Origin: Octopus bimaculoides
Lineage: Eukaryota
Direction: 5' to 3'
Length of the DNA: 64,000 bases
NCBI RefSeq assembly: GCF_001194135.2
Contig: NC_068987.1
Coordinates: 4,788,387-4,852,386 of the forward strand
Shown: piece by piece, positions 13,708 to 25,845 of the stretch
Numbering within the stretch: the first letter of the stretch is position 1
Layout of the letters: every line of letters starts with the position of its first letter
The notes under the pieces: model-generated
What the model was told of the DNA's origin: nothing
The model's input: only the letters and a program-made list of their open reading frames with translations
The model's database searches: none
Program-made: the position numbers and the translations under genes

Positions 13708-14127
13708 TTTATCTTTTACTTGTCACAATCATTAGACTGCGGCCATGCTGGGACACCGCCTTGGAGAATTTTTTTTTATCGAACGAATCGACACTAGTAC
13801 CTTTTTTTAAAAAAAACATGGTACTTATTCTATCGATCAATTTTGCCAAACCGCTAAATGGCGGGGACGTAAGCAAACCAACACCGACTGTCAAGCGTTA
13901 AATGAGTTCAAGCACAAACACAAAAACACAGAGACACATAATATATAAACATATAGATGCATATACATAGGAAGAGCTTCTTTCAGTTTCCGTCGACCAA
14001 ATCCACTCCCAAGGCTTTGTTCGACCCGAGGCTATTGTAGAAGGCACTTGCCCAAGATGCCACGAAGTGGAACTGAACCCGGAACCATGTGGTTGGGAAG
14101 CCAACATCTTACCATACAGCCATGCCA
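13708..14127 (-). mobile_element. SINE family A, near full length
   Basis: Tail CATTAGACTGCGGCCATGCTGGGACACCGCC through head CACTTGCCCAAGATGCCACG...GAACCCGGAACCATGTGG. Confidence 0.9.
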
Positions 14128-14129
14128 TG

Positions 14130-14235
14130 AGATGAACTTTTTGCTCAATAACTCTACGCACCAATCCGTCCGAGAGTCGAAACCATGATACTGACTCGGG
14201 AATGTAACACCCCTAACCACAAGGCCATGCGCCGT
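14130..14235 (-). mobile_element. SINE family C tRNA-like head
   Basis: GAGTCGAAACC (B-box complement), CCCTAACCACAAGGCCATGCGCC (A-box complement). Confidence 0.6.
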
Positions 14236-14926
14236 TGCTTACAGATATGTAATTAAATACATTTAGAAATTGGACAAGTCCGAAAGCCATTATATCATAA
14301 AGACTTTACGATCTTAACCCTCGATTATCAGTTTGCAGTGAGAATGAACCATGTAGAAGGATAAATTCGGAGGCAGAATTTATGAAGAGAAATTTACCGT
14401 ACAATGCTACTTTGCAATAATTAGCAAGCCTGCATTTGTATCCCGATTCTTATCTATATCCTCTATCACCCATCTTTGAAATAATTCTCTGTACCCGCCA
14501 TTAACTAAAGAAAGAGCAACTCCTTAGAAATTTAGCAAACTTGGCGTAAGGTTATCTATAACGTTGTACATGGCAATCCTGGCTGGCGAGAGAAGAACTA
14601 CAGTTTTGGCTCCGAATATCAAATTTTCACTTACATTCTTTATGAACTTCATCTATATTATAAGACAATAATATCTATGTACAACAGCAACATATATATA
14701 TATACGTGTGTATGTGTGTTTAAATTGCCTTTAGAATCACATACAGAAAAATCTCTGAACAGCAGAGGGATGAATCACCAGTTTTACAACTACATATACA
14801 AATATACATACATACACGCACACACACACACACACACACATAGATATATACATATATCTACATATATATATATACGTATGTATATAGATACATATATACA
14901 TATGTATATATGCATATATACATATC

Positions 14927-14966
<40 letters not shown>

Positions 14967-15522
14967 TATAATGCATGTGTGTGCGTACGCGGTTGAGTGT
15001 ATACGTGTGAGTGTGTCTATAGAAATACACACACGTATGTATGTATACGCATATTTAACCACAGGCACATATAAACGTATGTATATATACATGTGTGCGT
15101 ATGAGTGCTGGCGTCTTAGTGTGTGTTTGTGTGTGTGTACACGTATACGTACACGCATATCGGCACACATTCACTGAAACCGTTTTCTAAAGCAGATATA
15201 TAAATTAATAAATATTGCAAGAGGCACTAAAAACCTCAACCTTTTGTCAGTTTTTCATCGTCGGTTTGAATTACATACACACGATACATTCCTTTCCATA
15301 AATAAATACACTTAAGTAAGAAGAGTAGATACGAGAGAAGGGATTTCGTAAACTGATACTTCTTTCTGGATAGATATTTCATAAACACGAGAAAAAAAGC
15401 TTTCGCTTTTCCTTTTTTTTTTTTTCTTTTTTTTTTCTCGGTGAATAGGATGGGTGGGGTGGGGGAGGCCAGCACTCTTGTTGATTCACCTTTATTTTAT
15501 AATTCAGAAAGCAACAACTTAC

Positions 15523-15579
15523 CTGAGTTTCTGAAAGATCTCCCTGTGTGGACAGCTGTTCAGAAACTTCGTTAGGCAT
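15523..15579 (-). CDS. Candidate short coding exon MPNEVSEQLSTQGDLSETQ (unidentified)
   Basis: AAAGAAAATG start context, 19 open codons, canonical donor CAG|GTAAGT at 15523/15522, pyrimidine tract about 15615-15650; no homology recognised. Confidence 0.2.
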
Positions 15580-16434
15580 TTTCTTTTTATCGACAGCCAA
15601 TTTTCTTTACTTATTTACAAAAGGAATTGGAAAACAAAAAGGTAAAAAAAAATTTTTTTTTAATAAACATGTCGAACGCTTGTACTTTTACCTTGTATTT
15701 CAATATTTCGGGGTTAAGACATCGTCTTCAGGAAATTTTCAGAGAAATGATATTATGAGCTGACTTCTCTGTTCTGTAGAGTTTATGCGTAAAATACTGA
15801 AATACAAACCATCAACTTGTATTATTTCTTACAACTTGCATTTCTTTGGCTGTATATAAAAAAATAATAAAGCAAAAAATTAAATGCTTTGGACAAAAAA
15901 TTCTTTCACAGAAGGAAATGGTCGCCCAATTCCTTGCTCTTTTCTTTCTCCTTGATGTCGCTCGTGATAGCTATTCCGAAAGTTCAGTGATCAGTTCTTA
16001 CACTCGTGAGACGAGTGTAATATTTCATTTAATTAATCCTTTAGTAAATAAAGCTATCGATAGTAGGAAAGTACATTTCGATGTCCTCATAACTTTTTTC
16101 TTTCTCTCTTTCCCCTCCGTAATCTTACGAGGGATGGTCACCTGTCTCCTGTCCAGTAGCCAGTTAGGTAACCCAATGAGCAAAACTAGGATTTCAAAAT
16201 GCCAATTCACCACTTTTAGAACAATTAATTTTCTTCCACAGTCACTCCATATTTATTCTTACTGCATATTACCTTAAGACTAGAAATCGCGTCAGTGACC
16301 AGGTCGTAGATGGCGCGACGAATATTCTGACACTAACTGATGAACGTAGTCCTAGATAGATTAAGGTTTAATATAAGGGTAATTTGGTTGTTATTTCTTG
16401 CAGTACGAACGACTATGTAAAGGCTCTCTCGTAG

Positions 16435-16575
16435 TAGCCGTAGCGAACTGTCAGAGTCATTAGGGTGCCTAGCGGTATTTATTCCGGTTTTCTGCGCTCT
16501 CACTTCAAATCCCACCGAAGTGAATCCTGTCTGTCGACCTTTCGGGGTCGATAAGTAAAGTACCAGTTGAAGCAG
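16435..16575 (+). mobile_element. SINE family B, diverged
   Basis: CCTTTCGGGGTCGATAAGTAAAGTACCAGTTG. Confidence 0.7.
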
Positions 16576-16619
16576 TCTATTGTATAAATAGGATAAAGGT
16601 CCTACCTGTGTCATACAGA

Positions 16620-16845
16620 CTCCATAAGGTCAGTTTTCTGGTTTCTCTGGCGTCTATAATCCTCCCCCGGACGAGACGCCGCTCCGTCGTTGTATTACTC
16701 ATTTTTGCCAGTTGAGTGGACTGCAGCAATGTGAAATGAAATGTTTTGCTCAAGAACACAATGCATCACCCAGTCTAGGAATCGAAACCACAACCTTACG
16801 TTCATGAGTACATCATCCTTAACCATTAAGCCATCCACCTCACAG
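16620..16845 (-). mobile_element. SINE family C variant (head plus alternative body)
   Basis: ACTCATTTTTGCCAGTTGAGTGGACTG...TTGCTCAAGAACACAA...GGAATCGAAACC; related copy at 40785-40980. Confidence 0.7.
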
Positions 16846-17063
16846 AAAGGTGGGTATTGTTGAGTATGATGGAAAGGGTCAGCTGTCCACAACCAGCAGA
16901 CTAAGGGGACATTTGTTTTATTGGTCATGCTTCATGAAAACTGCGAAGAATTCTTGCAGTTCCAAGCAATGCTGATTTTTGTAGGTGTTTTAACTTCACA
17001 CTTGCACCGATCTTTTTCAGCCATGTTGGTAGTTGAGTGCTGATACTTTCAAGTGCGCCAATT
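16838..17063 (-). mobile_element. R4/Dong-like RLE non-LTR retrotransposon, extreme 3' end
   Basis: IGALESISTQLPTWLKKIGASVKLKHLQKSALLGTARILR; 3' UTR matches 51990-52085; 5' junction abuts (TAA)/(TGA) repeats. Confidence 0.8.
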
Positions 17064-17072
17064 ATAATTATT

Positions 17073-17147
<75 letters not shown>

Positions 17148-17152
17148 ATAAT

Positions 17153-17385
17153 ATAAGGTGGTGAGTTGGCGGAATCGTTAGCGCGCTGGACGAAATACTT
17201 AGCGATATTTCGCCCGGCGCTACGTTCTGAGTTCAAATTCCGTCGGGGCCGACTTTGCCTTTTATCCTTTCGGGGTCGATAAAATAAGTACCTGTTGAGC
17301 ACTGGAGTCGATGTAATCGACTAGTCCCCTGCACCCCCCATCCCCCAAATTGCTGCCCTTGTGGCAAAATTTGAAACCATTATGC
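17153..17385 (+). mobile_element. SINE family B, full length
   Basis: GGTGGTGAGTTGGCGGAATCGTTAGC ... GAGTTCAAATTCC ... TCGGGGTCGATAAAATAAGTACC ... AAAATTTGAAACCATT. Confidence 0.9.
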
Positions 17386-18013
17386 ATGAAACTTACAACT
17401 TCTGGTATAAGTAACGAATGAGTTTTTTTAAATTATTGGAAAGCGTCAATTTTGAAAAATGTACTTGGTGGGAGCAGCCACTCCCTTTGTTCCCCTATTA
17501 ACTACGTCACAGGGCTCACTTATTTAAAGGTATACGGACAGAGTCTTCAAGAGATGAGTTACTCAAACAGAAGACCTGAATACTTAACCAAGTAACAGGA
17601 TACAAGCCAATAAACGGTTTTACTGTCGTCCATTGACTGAGACGTTTATTTTCCGAGAAATATGATTATTTCACCGAAAACAATGAGACGCGTGACGGTA
17701 AAACAATCCTTTTGTATTAAGCTGTAAGCAGAAAACGTCTAAATAAAGTAGAAGACGTTGAGGTGCAAGTATAAATAGATGTAGATGAGAAGATTCGAGA
17801 GAAATCTCACAGTAATATAAAAACATTATCTAGGTTATATAAATCACACGTTGAATTAATGACATTGCATTGTATGTACTACGAGCGGATATTTTTGTAC
17901 ATGTCTATATATCTAGGTGTGCACTGGTGGAAGCATGCATGTGTGTGTGTGTGTGTGTTAAGGTATGCTATTCTGTTTCTGCTCTCTCTCTCTCTCTTCC
18001 TCCCCTCTCTCTT

Positions 18014-18064
<51 letters not shown>

Positions 18065-18579
18065 NNNNNNNNNNNNNNNNNNNNNNNNNNNNNNNNNNNN
18101 NNNNNNNNNNNNNNNNNNNNNNNNNNNNNNNNNNNNNNNNNNNNNNNNNNNNNNNNNNNNNNNNNNNNNNNNNNNNNNNNNNNNNNNNNNNNNNNNNNNN
18201 NNNNNNNNNNNNNNNNNNNNNNNNNNNNNNNNNNNNNNNNNNNNNNNNNNNNNNNNNNNNNNNNNNNNNNNNNNNNNNNNNNNNNNNNNNNNNNNNNNNN
18301 NNNNNNNNNNNNNNNNNNNNNNNNNNNNNNNNNNNNNNNNNNNNNNNNNNNNNNNNNNNNNNNNNNNNNNNNNNNNNNNNNNNNNNNNNNNNNNNNNNNN
18401 NNNNNNNNNNNNNNNNNNNNNNNNNNNNNNNNNNNNNNNNNNNNNNNNNNNNNNNNNNNNNNNNNNNNNNNNNNNNNNNNNNNNNNNNNNNNNNNNNNNN
18501 NNNNNNNNNNNNNNNNNNNNNNNNNNNNNNNNNNNNNNNNNNNNNNNNNNNTGTGTGTGTGTGTGTGTGTGTGTGTGTA

Positions 18580-18710
18580 TGGTAGGCTTCTGTACAGATC
18601 CTGTCAGCCAAATTCACTCACAAAGCATTGGCCGGCCCGGGACTGTAGTAGAAGACACTTGTCCAAGGTACCACGCAGTGGGACTGAACCTGGAACCATA
18701 GGATTGGATA
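18580..18710 (-). mobile_element. SINE family A head
   Basis: GAAGACACTTGTCCAAGGTACCACGCAGTGGGACTGAACC. Confidence 0.8.
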
Positions 18711-18904
18711 GCGAAATTCTTATCTCCCCACTTAACTAAGATAACAAAGCTCTGTTATTGGAATTTACGTAACAACAGCAGACTCGAATATCTCCATGTT
18801 GATCTTAGAAAAAGTTTGCATAGTTTCACTCTTGTCCAAGTCGAGCCACTACTTTCCTACTTTGACAGGTCACATCTCCGGTTCTACGAATTTGTGAACT
18901 TAGA

Positions 18905-19314
18905 ATATTCTTGCCAATAGAGAAAGAACCGGTTTCTAACCTTGATCCAAGGTTCTTTCATTGGAATTTCAACATCAACAACAGGGTAATTTTGAATGTA
19001 TGTATGTATGTTTGTATGCATGCATATAAAGCACGATTTATTCGCGATGAGAGTTGTTCGAAAACCGAGGACCCGCTGTAGCTGTATTTTCTAGACATGT
19101 GCATATGTACTTAAGCGCTAAACATTTCTAAAGTTTTACATATTTTCACAGTTCCTTGTACTTGTAATCTTCTAATTAACTTCCTCTTTTCTGGTTTCGA
19201 GAACTTTAATTTCTCAAGATCTGCGCTGAGGTAGTTGATTCATATCCTTGTGCCCCAATAACTACAGGTATAAATCTGAACTTGTAATCCGAGTGGATCA
19301 GTTGTAAATTTCTT
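18905..19314 (-). mobile_element. RLE non-LTR retrotransposon (second lineage), C-terminus and probable 3' UTR
   Basis: Manual translation RNLQLIHSDYKFRFIPVVIGAQGY / NYLSADLEKLKFSKPEKRKLIRRLQVQGTVKICKTL; 5' junction abuts (TATG)n at 19322-19358; UTR extent to 18905 is inference. Confidence 0.7.
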
Positions 19315-19524
19315 TATGCATGTATGTATGTATGTATGTATGTATGTATGTATGTATGTGAGAAAAATCTCAATGATGAAATTGCAAATTCCAAAGTCAT
19401 GGGTACCTTTTGGAAAATGACAATCTTCATTACGATGTGAACGATATTTTTTTAAAATATGGTTTTAGAACGCAATTTGTGGCGTGAAACACAAACATTA
19501 TATATTTGTATGTAATGCTCATAC

Positions 19525-19908
19525 TTATTACCTCCGCCTTTGCGAAGGCGGAGATATTGTTTTCAGTCATGTTTGTTTGTTTATTCGATATCTGTTTGTT
19601 TGTTTGTTGTCTTGATATCTCAAGAACCGCTGGATGGATTCGGATGAAACTTTCAGAGATGTTTAGCGTCGTGACTGGCACGAACTAATTAGATTTTGGG
19701 ATCGATCCGGTACCAGACAAAGATTCTGGATTGTTTTTCCTTTGTCTTACTTAATTTTTGAGAGTGGCCGGGTTCATTTTCAGTATTCTCGTTTGTGAGA
19801 GCAGTCGAGTTTATTTCAGATATTCTCATTTTAAAAATCATCTCTGGCTAATCGTTGAGAGGACGTTAGTGTTGCCTTGGTGGAGGGATGCACTCTCTGA
19901 GTTCTTTT
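19525..19908 (+). mobile_element. Helentron-associated non-autonomous element (HINE/DINE-1-like)
   Basis: 5' TT-ATTACCTCCGCC subterminal repeat with inverted partner AAGGCGGAG (19532-19553), (GTTT)n tract, 3' CCTTGGTGGAGG partner, GCACTC-TCT-GAGTTC hairpin and T-rich end. Confidence 0.85.
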
Positions 19909-19965
19909 GTTACTATTATTTCATATATACTCAACAGACAAGACTGTTGGAAAAGAAAAATTCCT

Positions 19966-20349
19966 AACATCGGGCTACAACAAGTAACCTTAGATGCCAA
20001 GAACCTTCCTAAGTATTCTAGCTGTCCCTAATAACACTGTTTTCTGGAGCTGTACTAAACTGGGTTTCATGCCTATTTCCTCCATCCATCTGTTCAGATC
20101 TTTAGCGATAGTTCTCAGTGCACCTATATCTACTGAGATACATTTTACCTGCACTTTCCATAGTCTTTGTAACTTAATGGCTAGATCATGGTTCTTTGTT
20201 ATACTTTCTATATCTCTCACATTGACTTTCTCATCATTTGGGGCTGTAAAATCAATTATCTGTACTTTCTATTCTCTTTATCTACTACTACTAAATCGGG
20301 CCTTCTAACTTCTATTACTCTGCCAGTCTGAAAGTTGAAGTCCCACAAC

Positions 20350-20350
<1 letters not shown>
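19966..20350 (-). mobile_element. R4/Dong-like RLE retrotransposon, 3' fragment (endonuclease domain)
   Basis: TLWDFNFQTGRVIEVRRPDLVVVDKENRK / IIDFTAPNDEKVNVRDIE...LQRLWKVQVKCISVDIGAL...LQKTVLLGTARILRKVLGI; 5' junction in (TAA)n 20351-20397. Confidence 0.88.
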
Positions 20351-20399
<49 letters not shown>

Positions 20400-20693
20400 T
20401 TATTTACTTATTTATTTATTTATCATATCCTTTAGCTCAATTACTCGTGTCACTAAGTATCGGTGTATGAGAAACAATTTCAGATATTCAATAGTTCTTT
20501 TCTCATAAAACAAAACTAATTTCCAGAAATATCCATAAAGTTACTTCATAAACTCATACGTCAATCATATTTTTAACAAGTCTTTTATTTACTTTAAGGT
20601 CAGACCTGGGAATATGTAATCTCGTCAGAGAAAACATTCCGACTTTAAGTAATTTATAATAGCGACCACTTAAATACATAACTGTTTATGTAA

Positions 20694-20751
<58 letters not shown>

Positions 20752-20882
20752 CTGTGTGTGTGTATGTGTGTGTGTGTTGGAATGTTCAAGGGCAAGATTT
20801 AATTGGATATCTTTGTTTATGGGTTTAAAGCCGTGTACCAATCATCATCGTTCGATAAATGAAGTCAATATCTATTCAGTCC

Positions 20883-20941
<59 letters not shown>

Positions 20942-21382
20942 TTTGATGGAATATTAGACATACCACAATCGCAGCAGTGCATATTCAGGGAAACAAGTAT
21001 TTGAATGCATCAAAGCATGTAATATTTAAAGCAGTCTATCAGTACATTACAAAACATTATGAAATTACGTTAACAAGAGCTGAAATCATTGCTGAACCTG
21101 TTATGGCGTCAAACTGCGTCGAAAAGACCGGGGGGAACCTTTTCATATCCACATGTCTAATTAAAATATTTTGTTTCAATCAATTTTGAAAATAAAGAAG
21201 AATTTAGAAATATAACTTTGTTGNNNNNNNNNNNNNNNNNNNNNNNNNNNNNNNNNNNNNNNNNNNNNNNNNNNNNNNNNNNNNNNNNNNNNNNNNNNNN
21301 NNNNNNNNNNNNNNNNNNNNNNNNNNNNNNNNNNNNNNNNNNNNNNNNNNNNNNNNNNNNNNNNNNNNNNNNNNNNNNNNNN

Positions 21383-21490
21383 TGAACGATTCGACCTCAA
21401 TACTAATTTTTGTAGGCATAGTACTTATTCTATCCGTCTCTTATGCCGAATCGCTAAGTTACGGGGACACAAACAAACCAACACCGGGTT
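21383..21490 (-). mobile_element. SINE family A tail fragment after gap
   Basis: TACTTATTCTATCCGTCTCTTATGCCGAATCGCTAAGTTACGGGGAC. Confidence 0.75.
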
Positions 21491-21494
21491 GGTA

Positions 21495-21678
21495 TCAAAA
21501 TAGTAAAAAATTTCGTCCGTCTTTAGGTTTTGAGTTCAAATTCTGCCGAGGTCGACTTTACCTTTCATTTTTTTTTTCAGGGTCGATAAAATAAAGTACC
21601 AATTGAACCCTGAGATCGGTGTAATTGACAAGCCCCCTTTCCCGAAATTGCTGCTTTGTACCAAAATCTGAAACCAAT
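21495..21678 (+). mobile_element. SINE family B
   Basis: GAGTTCAAATTCTGCCGAGGTCGACTTTACC...GGGTCGATAAAATAAAGTACC...AAAATCTGAAACCAAT. Confidence 0.8.
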
Positions 21679-22511
21679 AATTATACACTCTTCCTAACCA
21701 GGCACCGGTTCAAATTGCATATCTTGAATCTGTTGCTCTGTTTTAAAATACCAGTGGAAACTTCGGGGGCTTCAGCGAAGTTTACACTTTTGCAAACCTT
21801 CAGGCTAAGTCATTAGCCTGAGACTAACTTCATCTCTTTCTTTCACCATCTTCTGAATCCCTGAAAACAGCCAGCGGAGAGGGGGGTCTGCTCTTCCTCT
21901 TCTGACTAATCCAGTTTTAAAATATCACAGGTTGTTACTCAACTAAATAGACTGCATCGAGTCGACAGTATTACATCTTTGTGGTTCACTTCTTTATATA
22001 TGGAGTTGTTTTTCTAAGTTTAGCAAATCGTTTTTAAGCGCATAGTGTAGAAGTCATGCATCTGATATCTAACTCTAACCAACAGCACCATATGTTCTTG
22101 CATTGTGCATCGTAAATAAAGCGCATGTAAACAGATTTATATTCTTCAAATGAAACCAGTGTTTCATGAGGCTGTTTCTAGCACGTATTTATATCATGAA
22201 GTATGTCATGAAATACGATATGAAGTAAAACATGGTTATAAAATGGCTACATTCTAAAATTTAAGGCTGAAGTTTGTGTGTATATTGCTCTCGCTCTGAC
22301 TACTTTTATGTGAGTGTATTAATGCGTGTGCGAGAATGTATGCATGTGTATTTGGAAGATTCCCCACTCGTATATCTATTAACACACTATTTGTCGTTAA
22401 AAACCTTCGAATTTTTCTATCTAAAAAAAGTTTTGCAACCCAACGGTTACATGCTATAATTCATAACTTTATCTACTTCGGGTTCCACAGTAAAAAGACG
22501 AATTATTTCAC

Positions 22512-22882
22512 GTCTATGGATAGAGTAGCTGCAGATTTCTCAATAGCTCAGCATAGGTGTTCTCTTTTTCACTGATCTCCAGCTTTATGCTAACATCCGC
22601 TGGTCAGCTAATTTCTACAACTGTGCACAGTTTCTCTTCTCTATCCCAAATCATTATATCAGGTCTGTTGCGCTTACATTTTATTGAAGTCTTCACTGGT
22701 ACATTCCACCAGTATTCCTTGTTATTACTAGTGGCTATGGCTTCTACCATATTGTGGGTTCTTATTTCTTTGTCCTCGAGATTATCCTTCTGATGGATTT
22801 CATTACAGAGTGCCGCAGCTACAATGTCATGTCTCATCGGTAGATATTACCGTGATGACATTTTCGGACAACTGCTTATGAT
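22512..22882 (-). mobile_element. RLE non-LTR retrotransposon (second lineage): end of zinc knuckle plus PD-(D/E)xK endonuclease
   Basis: HIISSCPKMSSR*YLPMRHDIVAAAL...YWWNVPVKTSIKCKRNRPDIMIWDREEKLCTVVEIS*PAD...YAELLRNLQLLYP; 5' junction abuts (TATG/TATC)n 22884-22920. Confidence 0.88.
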
Positions 22883-23494
22883 GCATGTATGTATCTATGT
22901 ATCTATGTATGTATGCATGCTTGTAGGTGAATGATACTATATATAGGTGTCATCGGAAAGAAAGCTCACTCCCAGGACTCGAACCACGTTTCTCCTGTTC
23001 ATCACACTGAGTTAACATCTGCCTCGTTCTGAAATTAAGTATGCTACTTTACTGTTACTGAACTTTTTAACTCCCTAACGTTCCCATCTGCTTCAATCGG
23101 AACTCAACAGCAGCTTATCTCTGCATCTCTGCATGGAGCCAAGCTTCTTCTAATTTATATTTATTCGTATTTTTCGCAGTTAATTTTCGTTTATATAAAC
23201 ATATTGAATCAAGGTAGAATATCTTGCTGCATTAGTCATCCGTGGAGAAACTCGACTCTTTGTAGAGTTGAGTTACTGATAAATTCGAGTAAAGCAATGG
23301 ACGCAGACATGATAGTATGTTTAAGAAGTTCATTTCGCTCTTATATGCTCCCGGATTTGATCCCACATTGTACATGTATCTTTGGCCATAATTTCAGGTT
23401 GACCAATACGGTGTGCGTGGAGTTTGTCGACAGAAACTGTGCGAGGAGATCGTTATTATTCTCATTTGGAAAGAATTATGATTAAGTCTTAGAT

Positions 23495-24080
23495 TATTGA
23501 CATCATTGCGACCACGGTCGAACATTCCTGATAAAGTCTCTCCACAATTCATGATTCCCCATTGCTCCTGGCAACTGCTCTTTATTGAGGTTTCTATTGT
23601 CTGAGAATTGATCAAAGAATGTTCAAGCAGGTCTTTCTCTACTGCTTCTTCCGTAAGTTGGTTCTAACACTAGTAGCTTGTGTATAACTTCTTGCTTACT
23701 TCTCCAGCAATGTCCTGCAAATCGTAACTGTGCTTGAGCAATTGTAGTTGTTATCTCCGACAAGTTTCCGTATCAACTTTCATTTGTAATACGTTCACGC
23801 CAGTTTGTGTTTTGTACAAACCTAAGCATTTTGGTATATGCAGCATCTTGTTTCTTCTCAAGTGTTTGTGTCAGAGGCCATGTACCTGATCCATACGACA
23901 ACACTGACTCAACAGATGTTCTGAAGAATGGTATTTTGTTTTTTCTGGGGAAATCCAAATTCCATATCTTTTTCATTTCGTTTATTGCAATCCAGACTTT
24001 GGTAATTCTAATGACAATGTCCTGCTTTAATGAATTTATCCAGCTGCCCAAATATAGAAAATCAACTCAATTTCGTATTC
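23495..24080 (-). mobile_element. RTE-clade LINE, RT C-terminal region to 3' end, degenerate
   Basis: FLYLGSWINSLKQDIVIRITKVWIAINEMKKIW...FFRTSVESVLSYGSGTWPLT...YTKMLR...WRERITNES*YGNLSEIT...LRFAGHCWRSK...EPTYGRSSRERPA. Confidence 0.88.
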
Positions 24081-24854
24081 TACAATACGTTATGTTGGCA
24101 AACAATCTTTACTCCAAGTAAGAATATATATTTTCATTTATCTTTTAGTCTCGAGGAGAGGCCTAGCACCTATGACCCTTTACAGAAACATGACCCGAAT
24201 GCTTGCAAGAAAGCGAGTCCCGCTACAGACATTCAAGATCCCAACTGGTGTAAGTGCTAAACAGGATGATGGGGTAAGTGTACCGCTCAACAGTCAAGTC
24301 TCTCAAAACGATTTTCTGTAAAATGTTTCGTAGATCGAGAGCAAAAACAAAAAAACTCGCTGCAGTGTTAGCGAAGAGAAAACAGAAAGTAATGAATCAA
24401 AATCCACAGAAATTTAACCACACTTATAAATCATCTTCTCGAATGAAAATTAGACAGAATGTAATAGTAATACTGTTTAGGGTTGGCTATGATAGACTGG
24501 TTATAATAACTGTAGCTGATAAGTGACATAGATAGATGTTCTAAAGTAATTAGCTGTAGGAGGAGTTTGGGTGATATCTTAGGGGAGCAGGGTGAGTACG
24601 TTAGGATTTTGGTTAGTGAAGAAGTTAATAGGAGGGTTGCGATTTTGTGTTTGAGCGTCTCTAGAAAAGTATTAGTCATTGGGTTTTGCTTTTCTGGGGG
24701 CGGGTGGGGTATACACAAACTAGAATTTGATCGTCTCTGCAACCGCAAATTTGAATTATAACAGCCGTGTCTGAATTGGTTCGTCGTCGCCGCCGCTGCC
24801 GTCGTTTAGCCCTAGGTAAGCCTTGATCAACGAGCAGAGCTATGGGGAAAAAAA

Positions 24855-25378
24855 CTCCAGCCTGTAATTCAGTGTCTCTTCACTTAAGCCCTTCACTCCG
24901 CAGTAAACATAGGACATGGATGACTTCTCCCCACGGCTCTCAACTCTCGGCTGTCTTTTCTTCTTCATTCCAATTGGATTCCTGCCTTTTCAGCTTTCCT
25001 CCAAGTTATCCTTACAGTGTCCCCTCTTCCGCTCCCTTGTTGGTTCCAAGTCAGAGCCTGACCTGTAATTCAGGATGTTGGCTTATCCATGGTTTATCCA
25101 TTTCCACTTAGCCTTCACGATTTGTTCTTCCATTGGCACCCGTTTAACCCTTCTGCCATCTAATTTGAAGAATTCGTCTCAGACAATTATAGAGAAAGAT
25201 TTGTATCTTCTGTAATGTCTTCTTAATCCTTCTCTCCGTGTTTCCGTTCCACAGGAAATAATGGACTTTATTTCAGAGTTGAAGGTAAACAATTTGCTTT
25301 TCATGGGAATTTCTCTGAAACCCAGGTATTCTTGGGAATGGTAAAGGCTGCTCCAACTTTGTCTACTCTGGCTATAAC
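24855..25378 (-). mobile_element. RTE-clade LINE (different family), 3' fragment, heavily decayed
   Basis: Frame-hopping translation KSKLFTFNSEIKSIISCGTET...IQIFLYNCLRRILQIRW...KWKWINH...ALTWNQQGSGRG...ITWRK. Confidence 0.75.
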
Positions 25379-25727
25379 ATATCTCTCTCTCTCTCTCTCT
25401 CTGCCAACCTGTTTATTAATTACGCTGCTGAGATAAATAAATGACGTGAACTATTCAATGTGGCCTGTAGAATGTGAATGTGACGGGTATTTGGCTATTA
25501 TTTTCAACTGGTCGCGCAATCGTGTAATGAATTACCTAGTTTGTTTGATTGAGTGTTTTTTTTTGGGGGGGGGACATATAGATGGTAGGCAAGAGAGGGG
25601 GAGAGAGAGAAGAGAGGGAAAGAAAGAGAGACTGAGAGAATGAAAAGAGAGAGACTGAGAGAGAGAAAAGAGAGAGACTGAGAGAGAGAGAGAAGAGGAA
25701 GAGAGAAAGCGGCAAAAGTGCAAGATA

Positions 25728-25845
25728 GAAAAAGTAACAGGCTTAAAAGATAAACAAAGGAGTCGATTATTTGACTGAACCAGTCAAAGTGGTGCCCCAG
25801 CATGGCTGCAGTCCAATGACTGAAACAGGTAAAAGATAAAATAAA
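25728..25845 (+). mobile_element. SINE family A tail
   Basis: GGTGCCCCAGCATGGCTGCAGTCCAATGACTGAAACAGGTAAAAGA. Confidence 0.8.

Noticed and set aside
14628-14670. Possible 18-nt microexon (TAG|ATGAAGTTCATAAAGAAT|GTAAGT) on the minus strand
   Set aside because: Too short to distinguish from chance without RNA data.
16303-16316. GTCGTAGATGGCGC as a CTCF site
   Set aside because: Only a partial match; the 5' CCAC/CCGC part is absent.
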